Shown here: piece by piece, positions 41,596 through 50,782 of the stretch
Layout: the number at the start of each line of letters is the position of its first letter
How positions within the stretch are numbered: position 1 is the stretch's first letter
Source: an uncultured Herbinix sp.
Lineage (GTDB): Bacteria > Bacillota > Clostridia > Lachnospirales > Lachnospiraceae
Assembly (NCBI GenBank): GCA_964570535.1
Contig: CAZMYP010000002.1
Span: 3,012-67,011, forward strand
Direction of reading: 5' to 3'
Length of the DNA: 64,000 nucleotides
The notes under the pieces: model-generated
What the model was told of the DNA's origin: nothing
The model's database searches: none
Seen by the model: only the letters and a program-made list of their open reading frames with translations
Translations under genes and position numbers: made by a program

Positions 41596-42483
41596 TTAAA
41601 AGGCATCATAATTACATTTATATAGCTTTGATGGCCGGTGGCCAACGCCTTTTACCTTTTGATCTGTTTCAATTACATAGTCGGATATTTTTCTTCTAAA
41701 ATTAGCGGCAACTAATTCCTTGTCAAGGATTTTTTCGTAGACTGTTTGTAAGTCTGTAAGGGTAAAATATTCCGGGAGGAGCTCAAAGGATAGCATGGAA
41801 TTATTTATATTCTCCCTAAGTGTATGGATAGCATAGGCTATAATTTTCCCATGGTCAAATGCAATACCATCTGATTCTAGTATTATATATTCTGTTTTTA
41901 GTTTTTTGGTGGTATAGTGTACCCGTATTTCAACAGAAGCACTTAATTTTTTCTCTTGGCTACTTAATACCATATGAAACTGATTTTTAATAATTCGGCC
42001 AGTGCTAGTGCTCTCGGTTTCTGAATTAACTAATTCAAACCTTATATAAAACCATTCAGCGTCCAGGGCATCGGTACCAGCTTTTAGACTAAATAGTTCC
42101 TCTTCGGCTAAGGCCATGTAGGCACAAGAAACAATCCAACCCCTGGGATCCCTGTCTATATCACTAAAGGTATGAAGCTGGGACAAGGTAACATCAGTAA
42201 CACCGGCCTCTTCCTTAAGTTCGCGGCAAGCAGTTTCTTCTAAGGTTTCTCCACTTCGAACAAAACCACCAGGTAAAGCCCATTGGTCTTTAAATGGATG
42301 CTCTCCGCGCTTGATTAAAAGCACTGCCAGCTCCCTCTGAGAAAGCTTTCTGTAATTATTAGTAGTTTCACTTTTGATTGTAAAGGCTACAATATCTGTA
42401 GCTAATGAAGGCCTGTCATAATCACTTATGTGATAGGAATTTATATAATCATTTTCATTGGTGTATTTTTTTTCTTGCTTCAT
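41596..42483 (-). CDS. nrtR: NrtR family regulator (NUDIX + winged HTH)
   Basis: WALPGGFV...ET...A.REL.EE, RDPR, AFDH, FTL.DLQ.VYE.IL, NFRRK, HRP..LY. Confidence 0.93.
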   Translation of the reverse strand: MKQEKKYTNENDYINSYHISDYDRPSLATDIVAFTIKSETTNNYRKLSQRELAVLLIKRGEHPFKDQWALPGGFVRSGETLEETACRELKEEAGVTDVTLSQLHTFSDIDRDPRGWIVSCAYMALAEEELFSLKAGTDALDAEWFYIRFELVNSETESTSTGRIIKNQFHMVLSSQEKKLSASVEIRVHYTTKKLKTEYIILESDGIAFDHGKIIAYAIHTLRENINNSMLSFELLPEYFTLTDLQTVYEKILDKELVAANFRRKISDYVIETDQKVKGVGHRPSKLYKCNYDAF

Positions 42484-42506
42484 TATACTTCCTCCTGATA
42501 TAAGTC

Positions 42507-43250
42507 TTAATTGACCTTATACTCAAAGACTGGCATCTCCTTAAGTTTAAACAAGTTATTCTGGTGCATTTTATCAATTTTAGCTTTAATTTCAGAATCT
42601 TGACAGTAGCCAGTCCTAATATACTGATCAAGAACAGCATAAGTAAACCCAATATTATCTTCATCTGTTTTTTCACAGAGCCCATCTATAGGCACCTTAT
42701 TAACTAATAGATCAGGCAAGCCAAGAACTCTTCCGATTTCCTTTACCTCTGCCACAGTGAATTTTGCAAGGGGTGCAAAATCGCCTATATTATCACCACC
42801 CCGGGTAAAATAACCTATATAGTCCTCAGATAAATTACTGGTATTAGCCACTCGACCGTTCTTGGATTGTGACACAGCATAAAGAGTAGTCATTCTAATT
42901 CTGGGAGGCAGATTTATTCTAGTTTGATCTGAGACAAAGCCTACTGTTTGCTCAACACTTTCATAGAGAGAATCAAAAGCCCCTTTGATATTTATGGTTA
43001 TATGCTCAATCCCTAGGTGATTGACTAGAAGCATTGCCATATCAATATCATGTTGTTCTCCATTTGGCATTAATACACCAATTACTCTATCCTTACCTAG
43101 CGCTTCTGCGCAAAGAGCTGCAACTATGGAGCTGTCTTTTCCACCAGATATCCCGACTAAAGCATTGCAGGTCTTGCCATTTTCCTCAAACCAATCCTTA
43201 ATCCAAGCTACAATATCATTCTTTACCTTTAAAGCATCAAATGTATACAT
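42507..43250 (-). CDS. nadE: NH3-dependent NAD+ synthetase
   Basis: GISGGKDS, N...RIRM..LY, GYFT..GD, TDED..G..Y; no glutaminase domain; start at ATG 43250. Confidence 0.93.
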   Translation of the reverse strand: MYTFDALKVKNDIVAWIKDWFEENGKTCNALVGISGGKDSSIVAALCAEALGKDRVIGVLMPNGEQHDIDMAMLLVNHLGIEHITINIKGAFDSLYESVEQTVGFVSDQTRINLPPRIRMTTLYAVSQSKNGRVANTSNLSEDYIGYFTRGGDNIGDFAPLAKFTVAEVKEIGRVLGLPDLLVNKVPIDGLCEKTDEDNIGFTYAVLDQYIRTGYCQDSEIKAKIDKMHQNNLFKLKEMPVFEYKVN

Positions 43251-43302
43251 ATAATTATGCCCCTTTCTTCTACTAACCTTTATTAGCATATTCTGACCTA
43301 GA

Positions 43303-44787
43303 TTAGAATCCCCCGTTTTCTCCATGAAGTCTGTTTCTTATTTCATTAAGTGTAAATTCTCTTATCATTTTGCCATCCTTAAATACGCATTCAAGAAGAT
43401 TTTCTTTTTCATAAGGAAAGGTGTTCTTGTCAAAGCCATCCTCATATATTATTTCGCCATCATCATTATAAAATACTCGACATAAGCCTCTTTGAGATTT
43501 TTTGAAATTGCCTGTATCAGTCTTAGGATTCTTAAAAATCATATAGGGCTTATCACCAATTTCAGCATAGGTTGCTTTTACAGCAATACCAAAGGTGTCT
43601 CGAGTAAAAGGACTAAGTGACCCATTTTGCTCTAGACATTGCATGGAAAAGCTTCCGACCCCAAGAGAGACATTGTTGCAGGCAAAGCCATTCTGGACTA
43701 AGATCTTGTAGGTATCCTCGGTTCTCTGGGGTGTAATACTGTCCCCGTAAAGAGCCTTAATATGAGGGTCCAAGACTTTATAGCCCTTTGAATTAATGGT
43801 TCCTCCGAAGATATCCCATAGGCGGAAGACGGTCTCAGTAACAATCTTAACTGGATCCCCACTATCCCCGCGGATGAGTAAGGTTCCCTTATGATTAAGG
43901 ATCTCTTCCTTACACTGAGGTAGAATATTGTCAACCAGATTCCAGTAGTCATAGCTATCGCTTACCATGGAGAAGGAATGGTTGGGATAGATACTAGTTA
44001 GGAGACGGCGAAGCATAGTTATCTCATCACCATCAACAGCAGCATTACTACACATTACAGAGTGTTCTGTACTTATTGCACCATAACCAACAGGATCCTT
44101 GGTACAATCACAATTATAGTACTTTTCTAAAAAAAGAATGGCAGGAACAGTAGCAGTATTTAGAAAGGATAAGCAAAAAGCGGCACTACTTCTGGTAGCA
44201 CTTTCCAAGCTTTCCTGGCCTCGCATACTAAAATCCCCCAGGGCTCTTGCTCTTGGTATATTATCATCAACAGAAAGCTGGTAGTATTTGTTGACAACTT
44301 TTCTGTATTTGTAGCCAACATTTGCTGAAAGCATAGGATGCCATAGGGAGCAACTTAGGAGAGTCTCTATGGTATTAACTAACCAGGCATAATCAGGCAA
44401 GGTATTGCTTATCTCAAGCATAGGTACCTTAATTGGTACTCTAGTTCCTTCTGCAATTGCATTTATTTTTAAGGGCAGATAGCCCAAATCATGAAGCTTG
44501 CTAATCTTATCATCCTTATAGGTGCCAGCTCCCAGGGTATAGGATAAAACTCGGTTATATTCGGCCATAACCACCTCTTTACTTTTGTTAAAGAAGTCAT
44601 TATTAAAACAATCAATTAAATATTGCTTAATAAAAGACTGAAGGCCAAACATAATAAGCTTATCCTCCCCCTCAAGTCTAGACATTCTTGGAGTAAAATA
44701 AGAAACTATCTTTGTAACACCCATTGGATATTGTTCACTATGAACTGTCTTATAAAAATCACATAACAATAATGGTAATGTATTCAT
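43303..44787 (-). CDS. NAMPT/NadV-fold pyridine transferase (possibly nicotinate-specific and/or Namat-like)
   Basis: DFYK..H, DFSMRG, TEHSVMC, VSDSYD, IRGDSGDP, YGDSIT, K.PKTD..KKS.RG. Confidence 0.88.
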   Translation of the reverse strand: MNTLPLLLCDFYKTVHSEQYPMGVTKIVSYFTPRMSRLEGEDKLIMFGLQSFIKQYLIDCFNNDFFNKSKEVVMAEYNRVLSYTLGAGTYKDDKISKLHDLGYLPLKINAIAEGTRVPIKVPMLEISNTLPDYAWLVNTIETLLSCSLWHPMLSANVGYKYRKVVNKYYQLSVDDNIPRARALGDFSMRGQESLESATRSSAAFCLSFLNTATVPAILFLEKYYNCDCTKDPVGYGAISTEHSVMCSNAAVDGDEITMLRRLLTSIYPNHSFSMVSDSYDYWNLVDNILPQCKEEILNHKGTLLIRGDSGDPVKIVTETVFRLWDIFGGTINSKGYKVLDPHIKALYGDSITPQRTEDTYKILVQNGFACNNVSLGVGSFSMQCLEQNGSLSPFTRDTFGIAVKATYAEIGDKPYMIFKNPKTDTGNFKKSQRGLCRVFYNDDGEIIYEDGFDKNTFPYEKENLLECVFKDGKMIREFTLNEIRNRLHGENGGF

Positions 44788-44823
44788 ACTATCTCTCCCT
44801 ACATATAATTTTTAAAGGGCCTG

Positions 44824-45612
44824 CTATAGATCTATCACAGTAATTAACTCATGGCTACCGGTATACAGGCTATTGGTTGTAAAAATTCTATTTATCAAAT
44901 TGCTTTGAACTAATTTCCCTTGTAGAATACTGTTCTCAACATGGCTGGCAAATGCATAAATGTTCTTGGCACCTAATTCCTTAAGTGCTAATGCTGAATG
45001 GTACATAGAGCCCCCGTAGGAAATAATATCATCTATCATCAGGATGTTACGACCTTCAATGGTAACGGAAGTAGCAATAATATCAAGACCTATGATTTTT
45101 CCATCTGACCAATTTCGCTTTTTATTACCATAGCAATAGGGACTAGGTATAAGCTTGCTATACTTATTAGCTGCATTCGAATCAGGATAATATAGTAGTG
45201 GGGCTTCACTCTTTGTGTAGTCAATAGCTTTTTTAATTAAGGGCATAGGGCTAAGCACCTGAATATTATCAATTAATGCAGGACTTACATTAGAATGGGG
45301 ATCTAAAACTGTAACCTTGCTAAAGCCCAGGCTATTAATCTCGTCAGCAAAATACTTAAGGGTAAATACATCACAGTCATCATATACTCGATCCATTCGG
45401 CTGTGAGGAATATAGGGTAGGAATAATGAAAGTGATATATTAGGATTGGTTCTTCTTAAGTGCTTAGCTGCACAAATCAAGGTAAATAGTTCACCATCAT
45501 TTTCATAGAACCATTGAATATTGGCCTGTTTTGCAGATAAAGCAAACTTTATAAGTAAAGCTCCATCTGGAAAATTAGATATTTCGAGTTTCTCCCCGTT
45601 AATAACAATCAT
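44824..45612 (-). CDS. Short divergent ribose-phosphate pyrophosphokinase-like protein (possibly Adps-like)
   Basis: FPDG, PYIPHSRMDR, DPHS, YPD, K.R...G.I, DDIISYGGS; only 262 aa. Confidence 0.85.
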   Translation of the reverse strand: MIVINGEKLEISNFPDGALLIKFALSAKQANIQWFYENDGELFTLICAAKHLRRTNPNISLSLFLPYIPHSRMDRVYDDCDVFTLKYFADEINSLGFSKVTVLDPHSNVSPALIDNIQVLSPMPLIKKAIDYTKSEAPLLYYPDSNAANKYSKLIPSPYCYGNKKRNWSDGKIIGLDIIATSVTIEGRNILMIDDIISYGGSMYHSALALKELGAKNIYAFASHVENSILQGKLVQSNLINRIFTTNSLYTGSHELITVIDL

Positions 45613-45623
45613 AATGTAATCTC

Positions 45624-46145
45624 CTATTCATTTGTTATATTAATTTGGCATACCTTCATGGCATTAAGAGCATTGGTGTGGCTTTTGGGAGTTACACCAG
45701 CGCAGCAGGATGCATCAACACTTACCTTGGCTTCCGGCAAGAAGGCTTTTAACATAAGGGCATTTGAAATAACACAAATATCGGTACATAGACCAACAAG
45801 TTCAAATTCAGCATCCTTAAAATTATTAGTAATAACGGACATCAAGTTTACAGAACCAAAGGTGGGCTTATCTAAAATAACAGAATTCTTGGTGTCCAGC
45901 TCAGAGGAAATCTCCCAGCCCCTAGTACCCCTTATACAATGCTCAACAGGTAGGTTTTTACCTTCCTGAGTCTGTAGATAAGTCTCCTCATGAGTATCTC
46001 TTGTAAAGAGAACCTCGTTACCATCAAGGCGATATTCTTTGACCTTACTTTTAACCTTAGGCAAAATAGCTAGGGCCTCCTCAGTACCTAATGATCCATT
46101 AATAAAATCATTTTGCATATCAACTACTATAAGTACTTTCCTCAT
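45624..46145 (-). CDS. pncA: Nicotinamidase (isochorismatase family)
   Basis: VVDMQNDF..GSL, TRDTH, HC..GT.G, K.TFGS, GLCTDICV; start at ATG 46145 after AGGAGG. Confidence 0.9.
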   Translation of the reverse strand: MRKVLIVVDMQNDFINGSLGTEEALAILPKVKSKVKEYRLDGNEVLFTRDTHEETYLQTQEGKNLPVEHCIRGTRGWEISSELDTKNSVILDKPTFGSVNLMSVITNNFKDAEFELVGLCTDICVISNALMLKAFLPEAKVSVDASCCAGVTPKSHTNALNAMKVCQINITNE

Positions 46146-46196
46146 ATTGTAATCCTCCTTTTTAAGAATTGTGTCATGCAACAATAATAACGTAAA

Positions 46197-46217
46197 ACAC
46201 TGTAATATTGACATATT
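46197..46217. promoter_or_regulatory. Putative NrtR operator
   Basis: cactGT-aatattg-ACatat matches the NrtR-type GT-N7-AC core, just downstream of the pncA -10. Confidence 0.6.
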
Positions 46218-46226
46218 ATTAATGTG

Positions 46227-46255
46227 ATAATATCATCTTGGTAATAAGATGTCAA
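46227..46255 (-). promoter_or_regulatory. sigmaA promoter of the NAD operon
   Basis: Minus strand TTGACA-17 bp-TATTAT. Confidence 0.78.
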
Positions 46256-46414
46256 GTAAAAATTTAAAATTAAATTATCATTAAAATAAATCTATAAAAT
46301 TGACGTATTTTACTTTATATGATACGATTTTATAGGTATAATACATAAAAAGGGAATACATATAAAACAAATACGACACAACTATATTGAAAAAATGAAA
46401 ACAGGGGTGATATT

Positions 46415-46786
46415 ATGAAAAGAGGAAAAAATAGTCTTCTTGGATTTTTAGCTGGAGTAGTTATGCTGGCGGCGGGTCTATATTGGTTTATGTCTAGTGT
46501 TACAGTAACAACGGGATTTTATAGCTTTAGAATTGGTCAGTTTAGTACAGGAGGCCTTATTGTGATTCCTTTTATAGTAGGTATAGTCTGGATGTTTGCA
46601 AGCCCAGATTCTCTTGGTGCTAAGCTAGTAACTATCTTAGGTCTAGTAATAATTTTGGCATCAATTATTGCAGGAACTCGCTTTGTATTCCAAAGTCGAG
46701 ATCTGTATGAATATTTATTAATGCTAGTATTTATATTCGGAGGGGCAGCTATTACCTTGAGAATACTATTTTCAAAAAGCGAATAA
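46415..46786 (+). CDS. Hypothetical 4-TM membrane protein
   Basis: 123 aa, four hydrophobic segments, GGGGTG RBS. Confidence 0.8.
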   Translation: MKRGKNSLLGFLAGVVMLAAGLYWFMSSVTVTTGFYSFRIGQFSTGGLIVIPFIVGIVWMFASPDSLGAKLVTILGLVIILASIIAGTRFVFQSRDLYEYLLMLVFIFGGAAITLRILFSKSE

Positions 46787-46812
46787 CCAAAAACTAATAC
46801 ACTTTACAGAAA

Positions 46813-46839
46813 TGCAACCTTTTTCCAAATTCCTTCGTC
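46813..46839 (+). promoter_or_regulatory. Putative ECF-sigma (SigV/SigW-like) promoter
   Basis: TGCAAC-17 bp-CGTC upstream of the VWA lipoprotein gene. Confidence 0.65.
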
Positions 46840-46874
46840 CAATTATTAACAACAAAAAAAGAGGAGGGTTATTT

Positions 46875-48512
46875 ATGAGGAAAATGGTTAATAGATTTAT
46901 AGGTGTATGTATGGTGGCAGTAATGCTTACAGTGAGCCTTACTGGATGTGGAAAGAAGGAGAATGATTCAAAGGTTTCTGATTATAACATAGCTAATTAT
47001 GAGAAACCTAGTAATGAAAGAAAAAAGGATAGTGCGGTTAATAGTGATGTTCCACAGAATATTGTTGGTGACTTCCAGGATATGGAGTCTGTCGATACTC
47101 AGTATGAAGGCTTGAATTTTAATACTGAGGAATATAATGCAATTACTGATAATAACTTCAAATCAGTTAAAAACTATCCTGTGTCAACATTCTCTATTGA
47201 TGTAGATACTGCCTCTTACAGTAATATCAGAAGAATGATTAAGGATGGTTGGGGAGTTACTCCAGATGCTGTAAGAATCGAAGAGATGATTAATTATTTC
47301 AAGTATGATTACGAGAAGCCCGTAGGAGATATACCTTTTTCAGTAAATACAGAGTTATCTGATTGTCCTTGGAACAAAAATGCAAAGCTTATGCTTGTTG
47401 GACTACAGGCTAAGGATATCGATCTTAGCAGTACAAGGTCAAACCTAGTATTTTTACTTGATGTATCGGGATCGATGGATTCCCCTGATAAGCTACAATT
47501 GATGCAGAAGGCATTTATCATGTTGACAGAAAACCTAAGTCAAAATGATAGAATCTCCATTGTTACCTACGCAGGAAGTGATAGTGTGGTTTTAAAGGGT
47601 GCAAGGGGCAATGAAACCCAGGATATTATCAGAGCTATTGAGAATTTGTATGCAGGGGGCTCTACTGCAGGAGCAGCAGGGATAGAGAAGGCATACGAGC
47701 TTGCTGAGGATTATTTTATAAAGGGTGGAAACAACCGAGTAATACTTGCCACAGATGGGGATCTGAATGTTGGTATTTCAAGTGAAGGGGAGCTTAAGAG
47801 ATTAGTTGAGAAGAAAAGAGAAAGTGGCGTGTATTTATCAGTTCTTGGATTTGGTGCAGGCAACATTAAGGATAATAAGATGGAGGCCTTAGCTGATAAT
47901 GGAAATGGTAACTATTCATACATTGATTCGATTTTGGAAGCAAAAAAGGTTCTGGTAGAGGAAATGGGAGGAACCTTATTTACAGTAGCTAAGGATGTAA
48001 AGCTTCAGGTAGAATTTAACCCAGCTTATATTAAAGGATATCGACTAATTGGATATGAGAACCGTATGTTAAGCACGGAAGATTTTGAAGATGATACTAA
48101 GGATGCCGGGGAAATAGGGGCTGGGCACAGAGTAACTGCTTTGTATGAAATCATTGAAATTGATTCAGAGCAGGAGGTGCCAGAAAGTAACTTAAAGTAC
48201 CAGCCAGAGAATATATTACCAGACAGTGAAGAATGGCTTACCATAAATGTTAGATATAAGGAACCCGAACAGGCTACAAGTAAGCTCTTAGTAGAGGTAG
48301 TGGATGAGAGTAACTATACTTCCAAGATGCCAGAGAATCTGCTGTTTGCAAGCTCAGTTGCAGCATTTGGAATGTTGCTTCGAGATAGTCAATATAAGGG
48401 AGCTGCAACATATCAGATGATTTTAGATAATTTAGAGAATAAGGATTTTTCAAATGATGAATATAAAAACGAATTTATATCCTTAGTTAAGAAGGTAAAT
48501 AGCGGATATTAA
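46875..48512 (+). CDS. YfbK-like VWA lipoprotein (vWF_A + VWA + DUF3520)
   Basis: Lipobox LTGC; STFSIDVDTASY, VRIEEMINYF, DVSGSM MIDAS motif, YRLIGYENR, DAGEIGAGH. Confidence 0.92.
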   Translation: MRKMVNRFIGVCMVAVMLTVSLTGCGKKENDSKVSDYNIANYEKPSNERKKDSAVNSDVPQNIVGDFQDMESVDTQYEGLNFNTEEYNAITDNNFKSVKNYPVSTFSIDVDTASYSNIRRMIKDGWGVTPDAVRIEEMINYFKYDYEKPVGDIPFSVNTELSDCPWNKNAKLMLVGLQAKDIDLSSTRSNLVFLLDVSGSMDSPDKLQLMQKAFIMLTENLSQNDRISIVTYAGSDSVVLKGARGNETQDIIRAIENLYAGGSTAGAAGIEKAYELAEDYFIKGGNNRVILATDGDLNVGISSEGELKRLVEKKRESGVYLSVLGFGAGNIKDNKMEALADNGNGNYSYIDSILEAKKVLVEEMGGTLFTVAKDVKLQVEFNPAYIKGYRLIGYENRMLSTEDFEDDTKDAGEIGAGHRVTALYEIIEIDSEQEVPESNLKYQPENILPDSEEWLTINVRYKEPEQATSKLLVEVVDESNYTSKMPENLLFASSVAAFGMLLRDSQYKGAATYQMILDNLENKDFSNDEYKNEFISLVKKVNSGY

Positions 48513-48603
48513 TAGGACTTACTACCCCCAATACAATCCTAAAATAGTTGAAACAAACCATAATATGGTGTACAATGTAAACATAACATATTAGGGGGGC
48601 CTT

Positions 48604-49179
48604 ATGAAAAAGATTATATCTTTTTTACCGATAATAATTGTAGGCATAATAATTTTTCTTATCCTTAAAAGAGCGGATTTGTTTGATGTTCCCATAACCT
48701 ATAAAAATGTTTCTCATCATGGAATAACATTAGATGTTCCGGACAATTTTACTGAATCATATAATACATCTAATGGGGATAGAATGTATTATAATAAATC
48801 CAAATCCCTAGAAATCACTATTGAAGCTTCAGATCCCGTAGATATTACCATTAAAGAGTACATTGATCTTATGAGGCAAGTGCTTTTGACTGGATCGGCC
48901 AATACTGGCTATGCAACTGTTTCATTGAAAAGTGATAAGCTTTCTAGTATGTTAATACTTGATGATGGTATTGAAATTATTGATGGTAACCAAAAGGGAA
49001 GACTTTTTATGAAATATAATCAGAAGGTAAATGAAGGGACACGTAGTATTACAGAAATGTTATATTTTATGAAAAAAAATGATAAAATAATACAAGTAAA
49101 TATTGTTTTTGAAACAGATAAAAAGGAAGATCTACAAGATATCATTGATCATGTAGCTGAATCAATAAGATTAAATTAA
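48604..49179 (+). CDS. Hypothetical membrane-anchored exported protein (PsbP-like fold possible)
   Basis: N-terminal hydrophobic anchor; own TTGAAA-17-TACAAT promoter and RBS. Confidence 0.7.
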   Translation: MKKIISFLPIIIVGIIIFLILKRADLFDVPITYKNVSHHGITLDVPDNFTESYNTSNGDRMYYNKSKSLEITIEASDPVDITIKEYIDLMRQVLLTGSANTGYATVSLKSDKLSSMLILDDGIEIIDGNQKGRLFMKYNQKVNEGTRSITEMLYFMKKNDKIIQVNIVFETDKKEDLQDIIDHVAESIRLN

Positions 49180-49183
49180 ATAT

Positions 49184-49220
49184 AAAACCAGCATCAACAA
49201 TATTGCTGATGCTGGTTTTT
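49184..49220. terminator. Bidirectional terminator
   Basis: aaaaccagcatca...tgatgctggttttt. Confidence 0.85.
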
Positions 49221-49256
49221 CTTAACAATAAATTTCATAAGTAATTTCGGTTCTAT

Positions 49257-50741
49257 CTACTGAATTTTTTCCACTTTTACATTTGTGATAATAACATCAG
49301 CTATGGAACCTCTATTTCCAAGATTGTATTCTAGTCTGCCATTTGGGTCATCCTTTGTGGTCATTTCAAAGGTATATGTATAGGTCTGCATATCCGTTGA
49401 AAGTGTCAGAATGGTATCTTCTAAGTAACGAATCCATCCATTATCCGGTGCAGATACACATACAATAATGTCTCTTTCTTCTGATGCATAGGCATCAAAG
49501 GTAACTTGGTACTTGCTTCCCTTTCTCATGGGGAGATTTGGCTGTACTAGTTGAACTGAATAGTCAACAACTCCGGCATTTTGTGATGTTATAATCATTT
49601 TTCCATCTTTAATCTCAGCTGCGCCTTCTCCGTTTTGTGCTAAGAGAAATTTCCAATCTGTGTCATCGGTTAGATCCTCAGCAACTGAAAAGTCTCCGTT
49701 ATTAATATAATTTGCGCCTGCTTCAGGCTCTACTAATACTACCACGGGCTTTTGGACATTTAAATCATATTCTTCCTTTTGATATACTCTGACATAATCC
49801 ACTTCAAATATTGCATTGTCAAAGTCCGTAGTTTCATCTGGATTTCCGGGCCAGGTTCCACCTACAGCCAGGTTAAGCTGTACAAAAAAGGATTGATTAA
49901 AGGGTGCAGGATAGGGCTTTTCTTCTTCACCCTCTACGGCTGTAAACCAATCATTAACTGTTTTATAAAGATTTCCATCAATATAGAAACGAAATTCACC
50001 TGGTTCCCATTCGACAGAAAATTCATGAAAATCATCGGCAAAGGTACTGTCTGTTAGTACATAGGTACCCTGCTGTTGTCCGTGAGGCTCACCATAATGG
50101 AGGGAGCCATAGGCGGTATCAACCTGATTTCCCAGAACCTCCATAATATCAATTTCACCACATTTTGGCCACTCGCCGTAAAACTCTTGAACAGTTGGCA
50201 TCATCCAGATGGCAGGCCAGAGACCCTGACCTTCAGGTACTTTAGCACTTACTGCAACTTTACCATAGGTGAAATCCCTCTTATTTTGAGTTGTAACCTT
50301 ACCAGAAGTGTAATAGTCATTACCAGCACTATCTGTGGTTTTAATTGCTTTAATAGTTAGGAACCCATCATTAATAAAAACATTATCTGTTGAAGTTGTA
50401 TACTCCTGCAATTCTTCATTAGTCCAGCCTGGTTCATGAGGCTCATAGTTCCAGATGTCTGTATTAAGGTTATCTTCGTTAAATTCATCATTCCATAGTA
50501 GCTTATATCCATCAAGCGCTGGAACTGTATTGTCATTTGCTTCTGGATCTTCAGTATCTGGTGCCATTGTTGGTTCAGTAGTTGGCTCTGCTGTTGGTTC
50601 TGCTGTTGTGTCTGTGGTTTCATTTTGTTCAGAGGTATCTATTGGTGTTACATCTTCTTTTTTCTTACAACCTCCAAGAACACCAAGTACCATAGCCATA
50701 ACACATAGAAGACCCAACCCCTTTTTTAATTCCCTTTTCAT
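49257..50741 (-). CDS. GH16 beta-1,3(-1,4)-glucanase lipoprotein with CBM4
   Basis: Lipobox LGGC, PTAE-repeat linker, WPAIWM, WP.CGEIDIME, LNLAVGG.WPG; C-terminal NGDF...VQL.Q CBM4-like domain. Confidence 0.92.
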   Translation of the reverse strand: MKRELKKGLGLLCVMAMVLGVLGGCKKKEDVTPIDTSEQNETTDTTAEPTAEPTTEPTMAPDTEDPEANDNTVPALDGYKLLWNDEFNEDNLNTDIWNYEPHEPGWTNEELQEYTTSTDNVFINDGFLTIKAIKTTDSAGNDYYTSGKVTTQNKRDFTYGKVAVSAKVPEGQGLWPAIWMMPTVQEFYGEWPKCGEIDIMEVLGNQVDTAYGSLHYGEPHGQQQGTYVLTDSTFADDFHEFSVEWEPGEFRFYIDGNLYKTVNDWFTAVEGEEEKPYPAPFNQSFFVQLNLAVGGTWPGNPDETTDFDNAIFEVDYVRVYQKEEYDLNVQKPVVVLVEPEAGANYINNGDFSVAEDLTDDTDWKFLLAQNGEGAAEIKDGKMIITSQNAGVVDYSVQLVQPNLPMRKGSKYQVTFDAYASEERDIIVCVSAPDNGWIRYLEDTILTLSTDMQTYTYTFEMTTKDDPNGRLEYNLGNRGSIADVIITNVKVEKIQ

Positions 50742-50782
50742 TTCAATCTCCCTTCTGATGAAAAATGTTTGTTTCTAACTTG

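Noticed and set aside
50560-50625. Repeats in the GH16 gene
   Set aside because: Ordinary Pro/Thr linker (PTAE/PTTE) after the lipoprotein anchor.
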